Source of the DNA: Camelus ferus
Lineage: Eukaryota
Length of the DNA stretch: 64,000 bases
Assembly (NCBI RefSeq): GCF_009834535.1
Contig: NC_045696.1
Span: 23,748,001 to 23,812,000 of the forward strand
Direction: 5' to 3'
Position 1 is the first letter of the stretch. Each line of letters begins with the position of its first letter. Below are positions 1-12,535 of the stretch, in pieces. The notes below the pieces were generated by a model that had not been told where the DNA came from, searched no databases, and was given only the letters and a program-made list of their open reading frames with translations. Position numbers and translations under genes: made by a program.

Positions 1-470
1 TTAAGAGGAAAAGGATGATGTCCTTTATTTCATTGATGGTTCCTTTTCCCCTTACCCTTCTGGAAGCACAAGGAGATTTTTCTCCTCTACTTACTCTAAA
101 AAACCTGTGGAGTTCCAGGAGGTGAAACTCACAAAAGTGTGGGGGCCCACTGAAGACTGGGTCCCTCTGGAGTTTCTACCTTTCAGAACTGTCCACTCTA
201 ACCCTCTAGCAATTTACCACTTACAGTTCCGGTTTTCCTACCCTGGAGCGTGGCTTCCCATGGGCGTCTCGGCTCCGGTAAGCTGTGATTTTCTGTATTT
301 GTCTGCCTGTCTCTCCAGTGTTGGAAACAGTTTGTTCTGTGGCCTTACTTCTCTCAGGGATCGAAGAATAGTTGTTGATTTTTCAGTTTGTTCAGCTTTT
401 ACTTGTTGTTAGGATAGAGGGTAGAGCAACTTGGAAGCTTTTTACATGCCAGACCAGAAGCTGGAAGTCT
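1..470 (-). mobile_element. Ancient L1 5'-end fragment (L1MC/L1MD-like 5' region), truncated by the window edge
   Basis: The reverse complement of 380-470 reads GAGACTTCCAGCTTCTGG...CATGTAAAAAGCTTCCAAGTTGC...CCTAACAACAAGTAAAAAGCTGAACAAACTGAAAAATCAACAAC, resembling recalled old L1M 5' termini. Confidence 0.55.
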
Positions 471-3400
471 CTGATCACAGATTTTTTTTTTTTCAGTGAA
501 TCTTACTAAGCAATGTCTTAAGAGGATATAACTAGAAATATCTGTAAAATTCAGTGTCATTTGACATTCCTAAGCCTCTTCAAATTCCTAATTATTTGAG
601 AGGGATGAGATCGTATCACTGACCGTAGCTCTTTTATTGCTTTTACTGACTTCTCCCTTCATGTTCTTCCAGAATATCACTCTGCTATCCGGGGACCTTT
701 CCTTGGAAAGACAGTGTAGGCTTCTCTTCTCACTGCTGTCTCCATAAGGAACAGCACCAACAACTCTGGAGAATTTAGTTTTCTCCACTCTGTTATTCAC
801 CTGGTATTTTGTAGTTTAAGGACAAGTACTATGTAGTTCAGGGTACTGTGGACTTAAAAGAAAAAAAAGTAGTTGTGACACTGTATTTCAGGGTTCTCGA
901 AGACTTTTGTAAAGTTGTGATTTAACAAAGGAATTCCCAGCCCCATTAGAGGCAGCCAGGGTTTGCAAAGATATGTTGAAGTATTCCCATTCCTCTTTCC
1001 ATATCCATGCCCCCGTAATCTGTTTGGTGTGGAATCCTCAAATGTTAGTGTGTATCAGACAATGTATTAGGTCCTAGACAATGACCTTGACAATCCAACA
1101 GGACTCTCTTGTTGATTCTTTTACACTCATAAAGCTAACTCAGAGGGCTCTAGGGAGAGTACCTGGAAGTTCATACTGGAAAATTCTGTATCACCAGTTC
1201 ATTAAAAAAAAAGTTTCTTTTTCTGTTTCTATAACTCTACAGTTCAGCCTAAGCCATGGACACAGATAGCCCCATGAAATTATCCATTTTATGAAATTTA
1301 CTAACTCCTAGATGGAGGTATGAACTGAAAACAGATGCAGTGCCTCTCAGGCTTTGGGCAAAAAACTTCTTAATTGCCCTGTATCACATTTTCAGACTTT
1401 TTTTTAATCTGGATACAGAAATTCAGGGATTTTCTTTTCCACAGTCTTAACCTGAGTTTCAATGCCAAGTTATACATATTGAAGGCTGGTAACCAAGGGA
1501 CCACATGCAACAGCGTCAGGGCTAAGTCTTGACTCAACATTGGATTTGAACAGATATTTCTGGTAACAGCAGAATACATTTACAGGTAAGTATCTTTCCT
1601 CTTGGTAATGAAGGCAGAAACATCATCTAGAAGTATTATGAATCAAAATAAGTTTTGGTTAATTTATACCTGAACACATAAGAAAATAAATTAAACCTGT
1701 TCTTTTTGAAGCAGAACTTGGGGGAGGGGGCTAACTCACCATTACTGCCGCCACTACCGCCACCAAAATTCGTCCTTACTCCTATTGCCACCTGTACTGC
1801 TCATTTGGTGCTTGTCATACGATCTTTTATTATCCTTAATGTCTCAAATGTTCATTTCTTCAAATTTAGTGGGCATAAGCAATGAATAAGCAATGAATAA
1901 GATTTACTATCTGTGTGTGTTGATTAAACTATCACTAAGTGGCTAGAAATGTCAAAACAAAGTAAACAAATGTGCTTCAATTACTTAAGTATTCAATAAA
2001 TTTAACACATGAACTGAAGCAGAGTGTTCAAAACTTTCCCACCCTTTATGAAGGTGGATAAAGAAAAGAGGTTTAACAAAACTCCACGAAGCAGTTTCTG
2101 GAATTAAACAGCTGGGCTGTTTGCCACACCCCACAGCTTGGAATGTAGACAATCAGGGTTTAGGGTGTTTAAGTAAGACTCCAACCAAATTAAGATGATG
2201 CAAACCATTACAATAGATGGTACAGAAGGTCTGCCTCCTCCTACTCAAAATGCCTGGGAAACCGGAAATGCAAGTTCAATTAAGATGGCCTTTCTGCGTT
2301 AGAAAAGTAATTGTCACATGCCAGAGAAGTGAATAAATATTATTGATGTTTCTATGATCAAAGGAGACTGGGCTTTGCTATGTGACAGTCACTTGACTGC
2401 TCCCTTGCAAATCAACACAAGTTAATATGTTCATGATGACTGAACAATTACAATGGAAAAAAAAAAAAAAAACCCCGAAAACTTGCTTTTGATCCTTCCT
2501 AGGTGGGAAAACATTCAAGACATGTCCAGGGTGGAAGTAATTCAGGGTTCTCTCGGAAGCATAAAAAGTTAGCTACACTAGAGTGCATTTTAGTCAATGT
2601 GGGGACTCCGCTGAGCAAAGACATACTTAAGTTTTAGTACCCACTTGCATTGTAAGGCTGTCTGGCTTCCTATTTAGGGGTAATTTCCCACGGTGTGTAA
2701 TCTTGTTGGGAGGCGGTATCTTATTTCCTGCTACATGGAGTAAAGAGGACAGGGTACACCCTGGTAGTCAGGTTAGTGGTAATGATTTAAGCCCTTCAAT
2801 TGGATTTTTCATACATGACCTGGAATCTTTATTCTGTGATACAAACAAGGATAGAAGCAATTTATTCTGAGCATCAGTGCCCATGCCTAAGCCAGATAAG
2901 TGAGACGCTGAGAGATAAACCTTCAGAAGAGCCTTCTATCACTGTGGTTAGCTCCTGGTATTATATGTATGTATCTCCTTAAATATACATATCATTTAAT
3001 ATATATATCCTTAAATACATATGTATCCTTAAATATATCTAAATCTTTATCTATCTGATCTATCGCCTTAAGCTAGCCATAACATATTTCTGTTACTTGT
3101 TGTAAAACAGTGTCTTAATATACAGAGTGTAGATCAACACATGCAAAACTCCCCTGGGGAGATATGGAGAAATGGAATTGATTATCTGGTCTGGATGTGC
3201 ACAGTTGAACGTTCTATAATATTCTGGTTTAGGAATTTAGTAATCCATGGCCAAGAGCTGTGAAACTGCTAATTCCATCATCCTGTGTCCATTTGGGAAC
3301 AAGCTTTGGGAGACAGCATTGCTGCCACCAGACTATGGTAGCAGGAATTCAAGGCTGTGTGGTGGCATGGATCCTTCTGATAGACTTAGATGGTTTAAGA

Positions 3401-3553
3401 AAGGGAATTACAAATTCATATACCTAAATCTGAGAACTGGAAATAGGATATTTAGGTGTTTTCTTGCCCATCTTCCACTAGGCATCCCCTGTCCTTGGAA
3501 GCAGATTCACTTTTCTTATCTGATAATTCTTTCTCAGTTGTTTAAAGATTATT

Positions 3554-3767
3554 CTGCAAATCCCAGACTCCCAATTTACTACTATATATGAAATAGATAA
3601 ACAACAAGGACCTACTGTATTGCAGAGGGAACTATACTCAATATCTTGTAATAACCTATCATGAAAAAGAATATAAGAAGGAATATATCTGTACAGTTGA
3701 AACACTGCACTATACACTGGAAATTGACACAACATTGTAGACTGACTACAGTTCAATTAAAAAAAAA
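3554..3767 (+). mobile_element. Short 5'-truncated L1 3' tail (cetartiodactyl type) with a tiny 5' inversion
   Basis: ACTACTATATATGAAATAGATAAACAACAAGGACCTACTG...ACAGTTCAATT followed by poly(A); homologous to the tails at 14490, 53925 and 60490; degenerate TSD AAAGATTATTCTG/AAAAATTACTCTG. Confidence 0.9.
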
Positions 3768-5099
3768 TTACTCTGTTGTCATGTTACCTTAGTGATTTCC
3801 TTGGAGAGGAAGTCTACTGCCTGCATGTCTCTCCCCATCCCTACCTCATTCAGACCTGCTACTAGAATTAGGTGTTAGTAGAGCATAGGGGATAAACTAC
3901 AGATGAAACCTTGCAAGTTTGATTGATGTCACATACATGACAAGGAATGAAAGACTTGTCCATTTATACTGGAAAAAACCTGGAGGATATGTATAAAAAC
4001 AGATTTTAGGGTGCTCAAACAAGCCTGAAACAGTTTGCTCAGATAAAATTCTCTCTTGTACTCTGAGCATGAGTACTTACATAACTTTGTTAAAACTTAC
4101 TCATGCATGTTTTGAAGAAACTAATATAGTTAATCATTATCTCCAAGTGATTATAAAAAGAAACACATTTGAAAAATTGCTAGTTTGATGGATTTTGTAA
4201 TTTTGGACATTTTGTCAACTCTTCTCTTTTCAGTCCCTCTGTATTGTCCCCTTAGCTGCCTACACTTGGTTTTATTTTCTGTCACAACCATCAGTGATAC
4301 ATTCAGTCTCACTAGGTTATGAGAAAAGATTAAGAAACATCTTACATATACCTTTCAGAATTCTTCCATCCTATTCTCTGAAACCCAAATCTTTTCCTCC
4401 ACTTAGTTATAGCAGGAAGAGAGAGCTGAGAATGAAAATGTCAAAACCTGTCTTCATACACTCATTAAACACTTCTCTTCTAGACTTCTCCATTCCTCAC
4501 TCACTTTTCTTTTCCAATAGATTATATTTGTCCCCCCCCCCCACTAGAAGTTGCCCTTGTGATGGCCCTAACACTCATGCTTTTGATAAACTGCCCTTGA
4601 GAATAATTCTCTGGGAACTATTTTAGGGATAAGCAGCCTTTCTTTCTGTAGATTTAAATATAATGCAATTTAATGTTTTGCAAAAGAGAAAAAAAAATAA
4701 TAGCAGTAGTTGTTTTCACAAAAAAAGAAGAAAAACCATTGGTATGGAATCTACAAAGGGCCAAAAAGTACATAATTATACTTTTTTAATTTACTCATGG
4801 TAGAAGAAAATAAGTTTAATGCTCTTTAAGAATTAGTATGAAAGCAACAGTAGAATAAGACTGAGGAAGGAAACCAAGGGAATCAAAAGAAAATATACTC
4901 CTGGACCATCTAACAAAATTATACATGATAAATGGGTTGTGCTAAGTGGCTGCTATTCACTTGTTTTAAGAAATACAGAGACACAATATCAAAATATCAC
5001 TCTAAGAATACATGCTAGATACATTTGATAAGTATCCGAAGTGTTACAAATAACTGTGGGAAATGTATTGAACGCAGCTTCATTCTATAATTTAGAAGG

Positions 5100-5549
5100 T
5101 GCATTAGTTAGAGTTTTCCAGAGAAACAGAAGCAGTAGGTTATATACATACCTATACAGAGGGAAAGATTTATTTTTAGGAATTGACTCATATGATTGTG
5201 GGAACTGCCAAGACCAAAATCCGTAAGGCAGATTGAAAAGCTACAAATTCAGTTAAGAGTTGGTGTTGCAATCTTGAGTCTGAAGGCTGGAAATTCAGAT
5301 GGAATTTCTATATTGCAGTTTGGAGAATTCCTTCTACTTTGGGCAACCTCAGTCTTTGCTTTTAAGGTCTTCAACTGATTCGATGAAGTTCACCCACATT
5401 CTGGAGGATAAACTACTTTACTCAAATCTACTAACTCAAATGCTGATTATATCTAAAAGGTACTTTTATAGCAACATCTAAACTATAGTTTGACCAAACA
5501 ACTGGACACCATGGTCTAGCCAAGTTGACACTTAAAACTAACCATCATA
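5100..5549 (-). mobile_element. MLT2 (ERVL) solo LTR, MLT2D-like
   Basis: Termini TGCATTAGTTAGAGTTTTCCAGAGAAACAGAA...CAAGTTGACACTTAAAACTAACCATCATA; perfect 5-bp TSD GAAGG at 5095-5099 and 5550-5554. Confidence 0.9.
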
Positions 5550-7657
5550 GAAGGATACTTTGTAGCTAACCTACTTACAATTGCTTGCAGTCTTTTATGG
5601 TCATTATTTGCACTTGATTTTGCTAAATAATTTGAAATAACTTTTACTATCTTAAATATAGATTCTCGAGTAGTGCATTGTACTAGAATGTTCAGCCATG
5701 GCAAATTTCACCGCTGAATATATGCGAATACATTAGGTCTGTTCCTTTCTGCAAGTCAGCATCTGGTGGCCCATGCTTTCCTTAGTCACTTAACACAGCA
5801 GCCCACATACAAAAACAGTGTAAAGAACAGAGTAGACAAGGGCTATTTAAAATTACACAAATAAGAATTATGTCTTCAAAAATGAACATTTTGTCCTGAC
5901 ATATTGAGAATCAGAAAAATGAATTAAACAGGAGCACATACCAGGGTATTTTAAGTGGAGTAGCAGATTATAAACCTACATACTCACTGTCATGTGTTAC
6001 AATTCACTTCTGTTGCTTGGCAGAGCCTACTCTTGGTTATATCTGGAGGCTTTCTATAAAGAACTTCTGAAAACATCCCTTGCTCATAAAGAAAAAAAAA
6101 AATCAAATGCCACCAAAGCTAATGGCACAACACTAACTGTTATTGAAGCAGAAATTGGGTCTGCTTCTCTCTGATATGACTTGATAATCCATGCCCCTCA
6201 CAATTACTTTTGCTCTGCATCTTGCAATTAATCACTACATACAATACAATAGAAAAGTCATCTCAACAGATTGCTAAGTAAAGAAGATAGCCAAGGAAAG
6301 CCAGACATATGACTCATGTTTGGTTTCCGATAAAAAAAGGTTTTTTGTTTGTTTGTTTTTGTTTGGGTAATGAACAAAGATGCAGTGTTTTGCTGTGAAT
6401 TCTTTTGTGGGATAACTAAATTTCCTTTTTGCATCACACTTCATTTTAAAATTTTCTTAGTGGTTTCATGAGTGTCTTTTCTCTTCAAGATTCTTTTCTC
6501 TTCAAGATTCTGTCTGTGTCCGGTAGAAGGAGCACTCAGCTGGAAAAAAAAAAAAAAGAAAAAATGAAATAGACTTAAAAAACAAAATTGCTAAAGTGCT
6601 AGCAGCCCTGAGACACAGCTCTGTTTGAAAGATTTGGCTGCTCTGAAGCTGAGCTGTAGTCTGTGCATGGGCAGTTTTATCTGAACTTGACCCAGAACGT
6701 AGTCATCAGGGCCACATGCTAAAAGGTTGGCCTGGCCTCCACCTTTGGTGACTTTACTCTTGGGAGGCTGTCAGAAGTGCTGGTCAGGCTCTCAGTTGCT
6801 AATGTCTCCAGAGGAAAATCTGTTCCCAAAGCTGGGGCCAACTTTCTGGACTTTTTATCTTCTGTTGGGTATTGACCTTCCCTGTTTTGTGAGCCTTCCA
6901 GTGTCATCTAGCTAATGGCTTTTACATTGTGTACAGCTTTTGTCCTTTAGTAGCCATGTTGATTCAAAATATGCAGCCCTACCTTACCAGAAGTAGACTG
7001 CATCCCATTTCTTAACTCTTTTATACTCTTCCTTGTCTCTCTTAAATTCAGATGTGCACAATGACCACCATATTGAATTCCAAAACTAAGTGTTACATCA
7101 TCTAATTTAAATACTGTAATGTTGGATTTAACATTACTTATCTAATTTTGCTGAGTCCTAATTCTGCTTATTTCTTGATTGCCTTTGAGCCTCTGGCTGG
7201 GCTTCCTTTCAATTTAAAAAGCCTCCCTACCTAAAGGTTGCCTATTCTTCTACCCGTATTAGAAGGTCCAGCTCAAAGTCGATTCAGTCCATGCTTTGTT
7301 CTACCCCTCTTGTCTACTTGATTACTTCCTAGTTTGAAATATCACTTTACTTACTCTGTGTGATACACATAGTGTTTCTACTCATTGAAGATTAGCAAGT
7401 TAGCCTGGCAAGATGATCTTTGCGACCCTAGATTGCAAACTCTCCTGAGACAGGGGTTAAGCTCTTAGCATCTTCCACCAAATTTATTTGAGTGCTTCGG
7501 CTACAACAGGGAGGCTAGCACTTGTTAGAGAGATCATTTTGACTATCTCACTGCAAGTTAAAGATTTTCTATCTCCCTTTGGGTCCCATAGAAGATTCTG
7601 AACATTACCTTGATTCAATGTGTTTCACTGAGAGAATTTCAAATGGCATGTGGTAAG

Positions 7658-7662
7658 TATAC

Positions 7663-7725
<63 letters not shown>

Positions 7726-7734
7726 TATATATAT
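7658..7734. repeat. Compound (TA)n(CA)n(TA)n microsatellite
   Basis: Directly visible dinucleotide arrays. Confidence 0.97.
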
Positions 7735-7870
7735 GACTTCTAATGCATATACAAAGTAAAACTTGAAACTCATAATTTCATAAATATGCTTGTGGTAACG
7801 TGGACATTTTATAGGTATGTTAATAAGCAGATAAAGGGATTTTGCAAAGTTCAGGAAGTTGGTAGGTAAA

Positions 7871-8361
7871 TATGGTAGACTGATTGCATCAACAGTACCC
7901 ATCTGTTCATAATATGACTTGGCAGCTCCTCCCTCAAGAGGAGGTGTCCATTTTCCCACCTTTTGACTATGGGCTTGCCTTTTAACTTGTTTTGGACCAC
8001 AGAATGTGGCCAACTGCTAATTCAAAGATTAGGTTTCAAAAGCCTTGTACATTTCTGCTTCCTCACCACCTTGCTGAGCAGTTAGAACGAGCAGAGCATG
8101 GGCTGGTCGGCTAGAGGATGAGGGAATCAATGAAGCAGAGCTGGGTCCTCCTGTCTGTGGACCTCCTAGGTCAACCAGCTCCCACGCATCCCCCAGCCAT
8201 CTGCAAGAGCACAAGTGAGCCAGCCAAGATCAGCTACAGCTGGCTCAAATCAACAAAGCCATCCAGCTGACCCACAGATTCAGAGGCAAAAGAAATATTT
8301 ATTATCATAAGCCACTGAGGTTTTTCTCAGTAGTATTATGTTGACAATGGATAGTAAATAC
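7871..8361 (+). mobile_element. MaLR solo LTR (MLT1H/G-like)
   Basis: Starts TATGGTAGACTG; contains TGACTTGGCAGCTCCTCCCTCAAGAGGAGG; 3' part CCAGCTGACCCACAGATTCAGAG...TAAGCCACTGAG typical of old MLT1 LTRs. Confidence 0.75.
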
Positions 8362-8869
8362 CAAGAATGACCAAAATCTGAGAAACATTGGTTGATGTAC
8401 TTTCCTAATTATTGTCTGATTTTTGATATGTATTCCGTAATAGGGCATGCTTCAACATCAATTCCAGAGCAGGCCATGGGAGAAAAACAGGTTGAAGCAT
8501 TCTTTTTTCCCATTGTTATTCAAATAAGTAAACTCAGAATTTGCTCTATTTTTCTTCCCTGTGGAGTCCTCTTCCAAATACCTTTCTTATTATTACTCTA
8601 GATTCTAAAGCAGTGGGTAGGTGGAGGATAGTGAATGAGGTGTCAAAGAGGTCATCAAAGGAGGGGGAAGCATTCCAGTCATAATTGCTTTAATAAATAT
8701 TCATTAACCTCTGTAATTGCTGACAAGTTTTAACTCCAACTATGATTGGCTTGTAGCCTGATACTCTATGACCTTGAAGATCTGAACTATTGTTTCTCTC
8801 TTTAAACAGAGCAACTTTCCTGAAGGAGGGCCTATGTCTATTCTTTCAGGATGCTATGGAAAGGGAGGA

Positions 8870-9030
8870 AGATTGAGTTTGGAGATGGGTGGTTCTGGCT
8901 TCACCTTTGTCTCTGTGGCCTTGGGTGAGTTACTTTATTTGTGAGTCTCAGTTTCTTCCTCTTAAAAAACAAGAATTATTTTTTTTTAAAAAAGAGATTT
9001 AAGATACTGTACATAAAGTATCTGGTATCA
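8870..9030 (+). mobile_element. MIR SINE fragment
   Basis: Core-like CTGTGGCCTTGGGTGAGTTACTT...GAGTCTCAGTTTCTTCCTCTTAAAA. Confidence 0.6.
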
Positions 9031-9144
9031 ATACTCATATTAAAAAATAGCGGTTACTGCCACCCAGGCAGCTCATTGCTTCTTAGACATCGAGAACCTT
9101 CAGGTCTCATATTCTTGACTGATTGGGCACATTTCTCCAATCAT

Positions 9145-9512
9145 CCTATCATCGTCCATTTGTGCTGCTGTAACAATACGCCATAGACTGGGTGGCTTAT
9201 ACTCAACAGAAATTTATTTCTCACAGTTCTGGAGGCTGGAAGTCTGAGATTAGGGTGCCACAATGGAGAGGTTCTGGTGAAGTCCCTTTCCCTGGGTGTA
9301 CATGGCCGTCCTCTTGCTGTATCCTCACATGGTGGAAAGAGGGCCAGAGAGCTCCCTGGGGTCTTTTACAAGAGCACTTATCACATTCATGAGGGTTCCA
9401 TCCTCACGACTTAATTACCTTCCAGTGCCCCACCTCCTATCACCACTACCCTGGGGATTAGGATATTTCAACATATGAATTTGGAGGAGGACATAAACAT
9501 TCTCTAACATAA
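9145..9512 (-). mobile_element. MaLR solo LTR (MLT1A-like)
   Basis: GCTGCTGTAACAATACGCCATAGACTGGGTGGCTTA...AGAAATTTATTTCTCACAGTTCTGGAGGCTGGAAGTCTGAGAT...TTTCAACATATGAATTTGG. Confidence 0.88.
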
Positions 9513-10009
9513 CTTCATTAACATAATGAGGTTAAACCAATCTGAACTCTCCTCTTCCAAAGTCACTTTTATGAAACTGGGGACAGAGCCTTGACTTCGG
9601 CTACAGCTACGTCAATTTACACTTGTTGAACCAAGTTCAGTTGCTCTGCACTACTCATTTTATTGAATTTTTCCAATATTTTTTCCAGTATTTCCCTAGG
9701 TGTTGAAGCTAGGTTAAACATAGTAATCTTCCCAAGATGGTTTTCTTTTCCTTTTAATTTTTAAAATAATTGCTCCCATTGTTTTTTCAAACTGCAGCTA
9801 TGTTTTCCCCAAACCATCTTGTGTTCCTCCTCACCAAAGTTTTACTAGAAGTATGTTGCATTTCAAGACTGTAAACTTGAATATCAATACAAACTAGAAC
9901 CCCCAGACTGAAATGGATCTTGAAAGGACAATTAGTACATTCTTGTCTGATCAGAATTATTTAGAACCACATTATTCAAAGATTTTAGATCCCCTAAGCT
10001 CAGACTCCT

Positions 10010-10409
10010 TTTATTAGGCAAGGTTCTCCAGAGAAACAAAAGCAGTATAAATGGATGTTATAAGGAATTGGTTCACACAATTATGGACATTGATGGGTGC
10101 AAAATCTGCAGAAATGATGTCCCAATTAGGAGCCCGTCAGGCAGGAAGAGCCGATGGATGGGCCAGTGTGAAGGCAGGAGAGTTCTCTCTTCCTTGGGGA
10201 AGGGTCAGTATTTTGTTTTATTCAGGCCTTCAACTGACTGTATGAGGCCCACCCACATTATGAAGAGTAATCTGCTTTACTCAGTCTGCCAATGTAAAAG
10301 TTAAGCTCATCTGAAACACCCCCACTGAAACAAACACCCAGCATAATGTTTGCCCAAGTATGTGACCCCTGTGGCCCAGTCAAGTTGACATGCAAAATTA
10401 ATCATCACA
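10010..10409 (-). mobile_element. MLT2 (ERVL) solo LTR
   Basis: TATTAGGCAAGGTTCTCCAGAGAAACA...CAAGTTGACATGCAAAATTAATCATCACA; near-TSD CTCCT/TTCCT; homologous to the 5100-5549 LTR. Confidence 0.88.
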
Positions 10410-11479
10410 TTCCTAGTTCTTCAGGTGAAGATCTGAGGCCTAGTGAGGTATAGAGATCTTCTCAAGGTGCAAATAATGACACATAAGATTGGAACCACTG
10501 ATAATGCCAATAAATGCTTAAGAACCAGATCTCCAAGAGGGAAAAAAAAGAAGGTAGGGGAAGAAAGGCCTGGTTTGTAGCACTTGCCAATTGCCATGGT
10601 GGAAATGGGGGTGGTGATGGGAAGGAAGAAAGAATGAAAAAGCTAGAGGGGTTTTGCAAAATTGAAATGTGCCTTGACCTGAGCAGTGTAATTGAAGCAA
10701 CTCCCTGCACCCAGGGAGCAAAACGAAGAAAGCAGCTATACCTGGAGTCATTCTCTCAGCCTTTACAAGAAGCAGATTCAGTCTTTGTAGGTGCGACTTA
10801 ACACAGCACCCCCCAGATTCAGTCAGATAGGATCCAGTTGGGTCCATGGGCCCTGGAGAGGGGGATTTCACAGCTTCTTTGAGGGAAGCAGACCAGTTCT
10901 CATGGCCTCTAGCTTAACTATCAGGAAATAGGCACAAAACAGCTTACTTATAATTATAAATTTTAAGACATCAGAACTAAAAACTGGGGAAAGTATTCCA
11001 GTTTTAAATATTCCATTTTAAACTGCTTTTGCTCAAACTCTAAATCACTAGACCCACACTGAAAGTTACAGGTTTGAGAACCTATTGATGCTTGAGGTTT
11101 AAATGATTAAATGGCCCACTCATTCACAATTTGATATACAAATTTTAAAATAATCCACATCAGATAAAGACTCACAGGATTTTCTTGATTCTTTTATTCT
11201 TTTCATCCCTAGAAGTTCTTCCTACACACAAATGCTGCAATCTGGAAATAATTCTGGAAGAGGTTTTTCTGCATTGAAAGGGCTAGAAGTCAGAGTAAAA
11301 CAAACAAACAAACAAACGAACAAAACCCCCCAAATCAACACATTCTTATTTAACTATGGAGAGAATCCATTGTTCTGGGTGTTTGTATTCCAAGAAACCT
11401 CCTGTGATAGGAACATCTCTCCTCCCAAAGCAGGGTATCGTCTCCTTGCCCTCATGTGCTTAGAAAAGCCACTAGTTCA

Positions 11480-11661
11480 CCAGTGAATTAGTAGATCTGT
11501 GGACCCACCAGCCACCAGTATCAGCAAGTTCTTATTAGATGTGAATTCGTGGCCCCACCTCAGACCTACTGAATCAGAGACCCTAGGGGTGGCGCCCAGC
11601 AGTGTCTTAATGCTCCCCCACCCCGGGTGATTCTGGTGCGTTCTAACATTTGAGAAGCCCT
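11480..11661. mobile_element. MER5A-like hAT-Charlie non-autonomous DNA transposon
   Basis: GGCCCCACCTCAGACCTACTGAATCAGAGACCCTAGGGGTGG...GGTGATTCTGGTGC...TTTGAGAAGCCCTG. Confidence 0.85.
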
Positions 11662-11879
11662 GCACTAGATAATACTTTTTCTTTGTTAAGACCAACATCC
11701 CCTCTCATCAGGCAACACTGAGAGCAAAACTGCATTTGTGAGGGAAGGAGCGTTCCACTTCAGTGAGGAGTTAGGTTGCACACCTTCAGCTAATCCCTTA
11801 CCACTAGCTCTTTCTCTCTTCCAACCAAACAAGCCATTCTAATTTTAGCACCCCAGATGTGATGGATGATGAACTACTG

Positions 11880-12393
11880 TGATGTCATCTCTCCTGAAGG
11901 GCTTACAAGATTAAGTATATAATTGTACTCACAGTTATGCTGTATTGCAGTGAAAGGATGTGAAGCACAAAAAGCAATGAGAAAAGGCATCTGGGCAAAG
12001 TCTGGAGGAAACCAGGTGCAAACCTCCAGAGGTTCTCTCCCCAGGAGTCACACAGATCGCACTTCATTCCTGCAGCATCTAGTTGTAACAACACATGTAA
12101 AATGTTATCAGCCGCGAAGCTCATTAGAGACCTGTTGCTCTGGGTTTTTGTTTGGGGCAGATCATGTAGGCATCCTCTGCTCAGTGTCTACCAAAATTCC
12201 AGGCTCCCAGAAGGAAAGCAGGTGTTCACAATAAACCACATTGTTGGTATAAGCAGTTGGGTATATATTGGGCCACTCTTATCAGTTCTGGGGATGGTGG
12301 GAACCCTCCCAAAAGCCATGTTTCCAGCTGCCAGCTAAGGGCTGACTGTGTAAACAGACTGTTCAGAGAATAGCTGTCAACTGTTTCCTACAC
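11880..12393 (-). mobile_element. MER21-like solo LTR
   Basis: GGAGGAAACCAGGTGCAAACCTCCAGAGG...GGAGTCACACAG...GAAGCTCATTAGAGAC...CCAGAAGGAAAGCAGGTGTTCA resembles recalled MER21B/C; left boundary uncertain. Confidence 0.7.
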
Positions 12394-12399
12394 ACCTCC

Positions 12400-12535
12400 C
12401 TTCTGTTTCCTGTATCTGTGAAATGGTCATGAGGACCTATTTTATATGGTTTATATAAAGATTACATGAGATAATATATGTAAAACATGTACAACTTTGA
12501 CTGACTTAGAATAATCCCTTAAGAAATGTTACCTG
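12400..12535 (+). mobile_element. MIR SINE 3' fragment
   Basis: CTGTTTCCTGTATCTGTGAAATGG...AAGATTACATGAGATAATATATGTAAAAC. Confidence 0.65.

Noticed and set aside
7639..8013. 124-aa ORF with YIYIYI/CVCV repeats
   Set aside because: It is a translation of the (TA)n(CA)n microsatellite and an MLT1 LTR.
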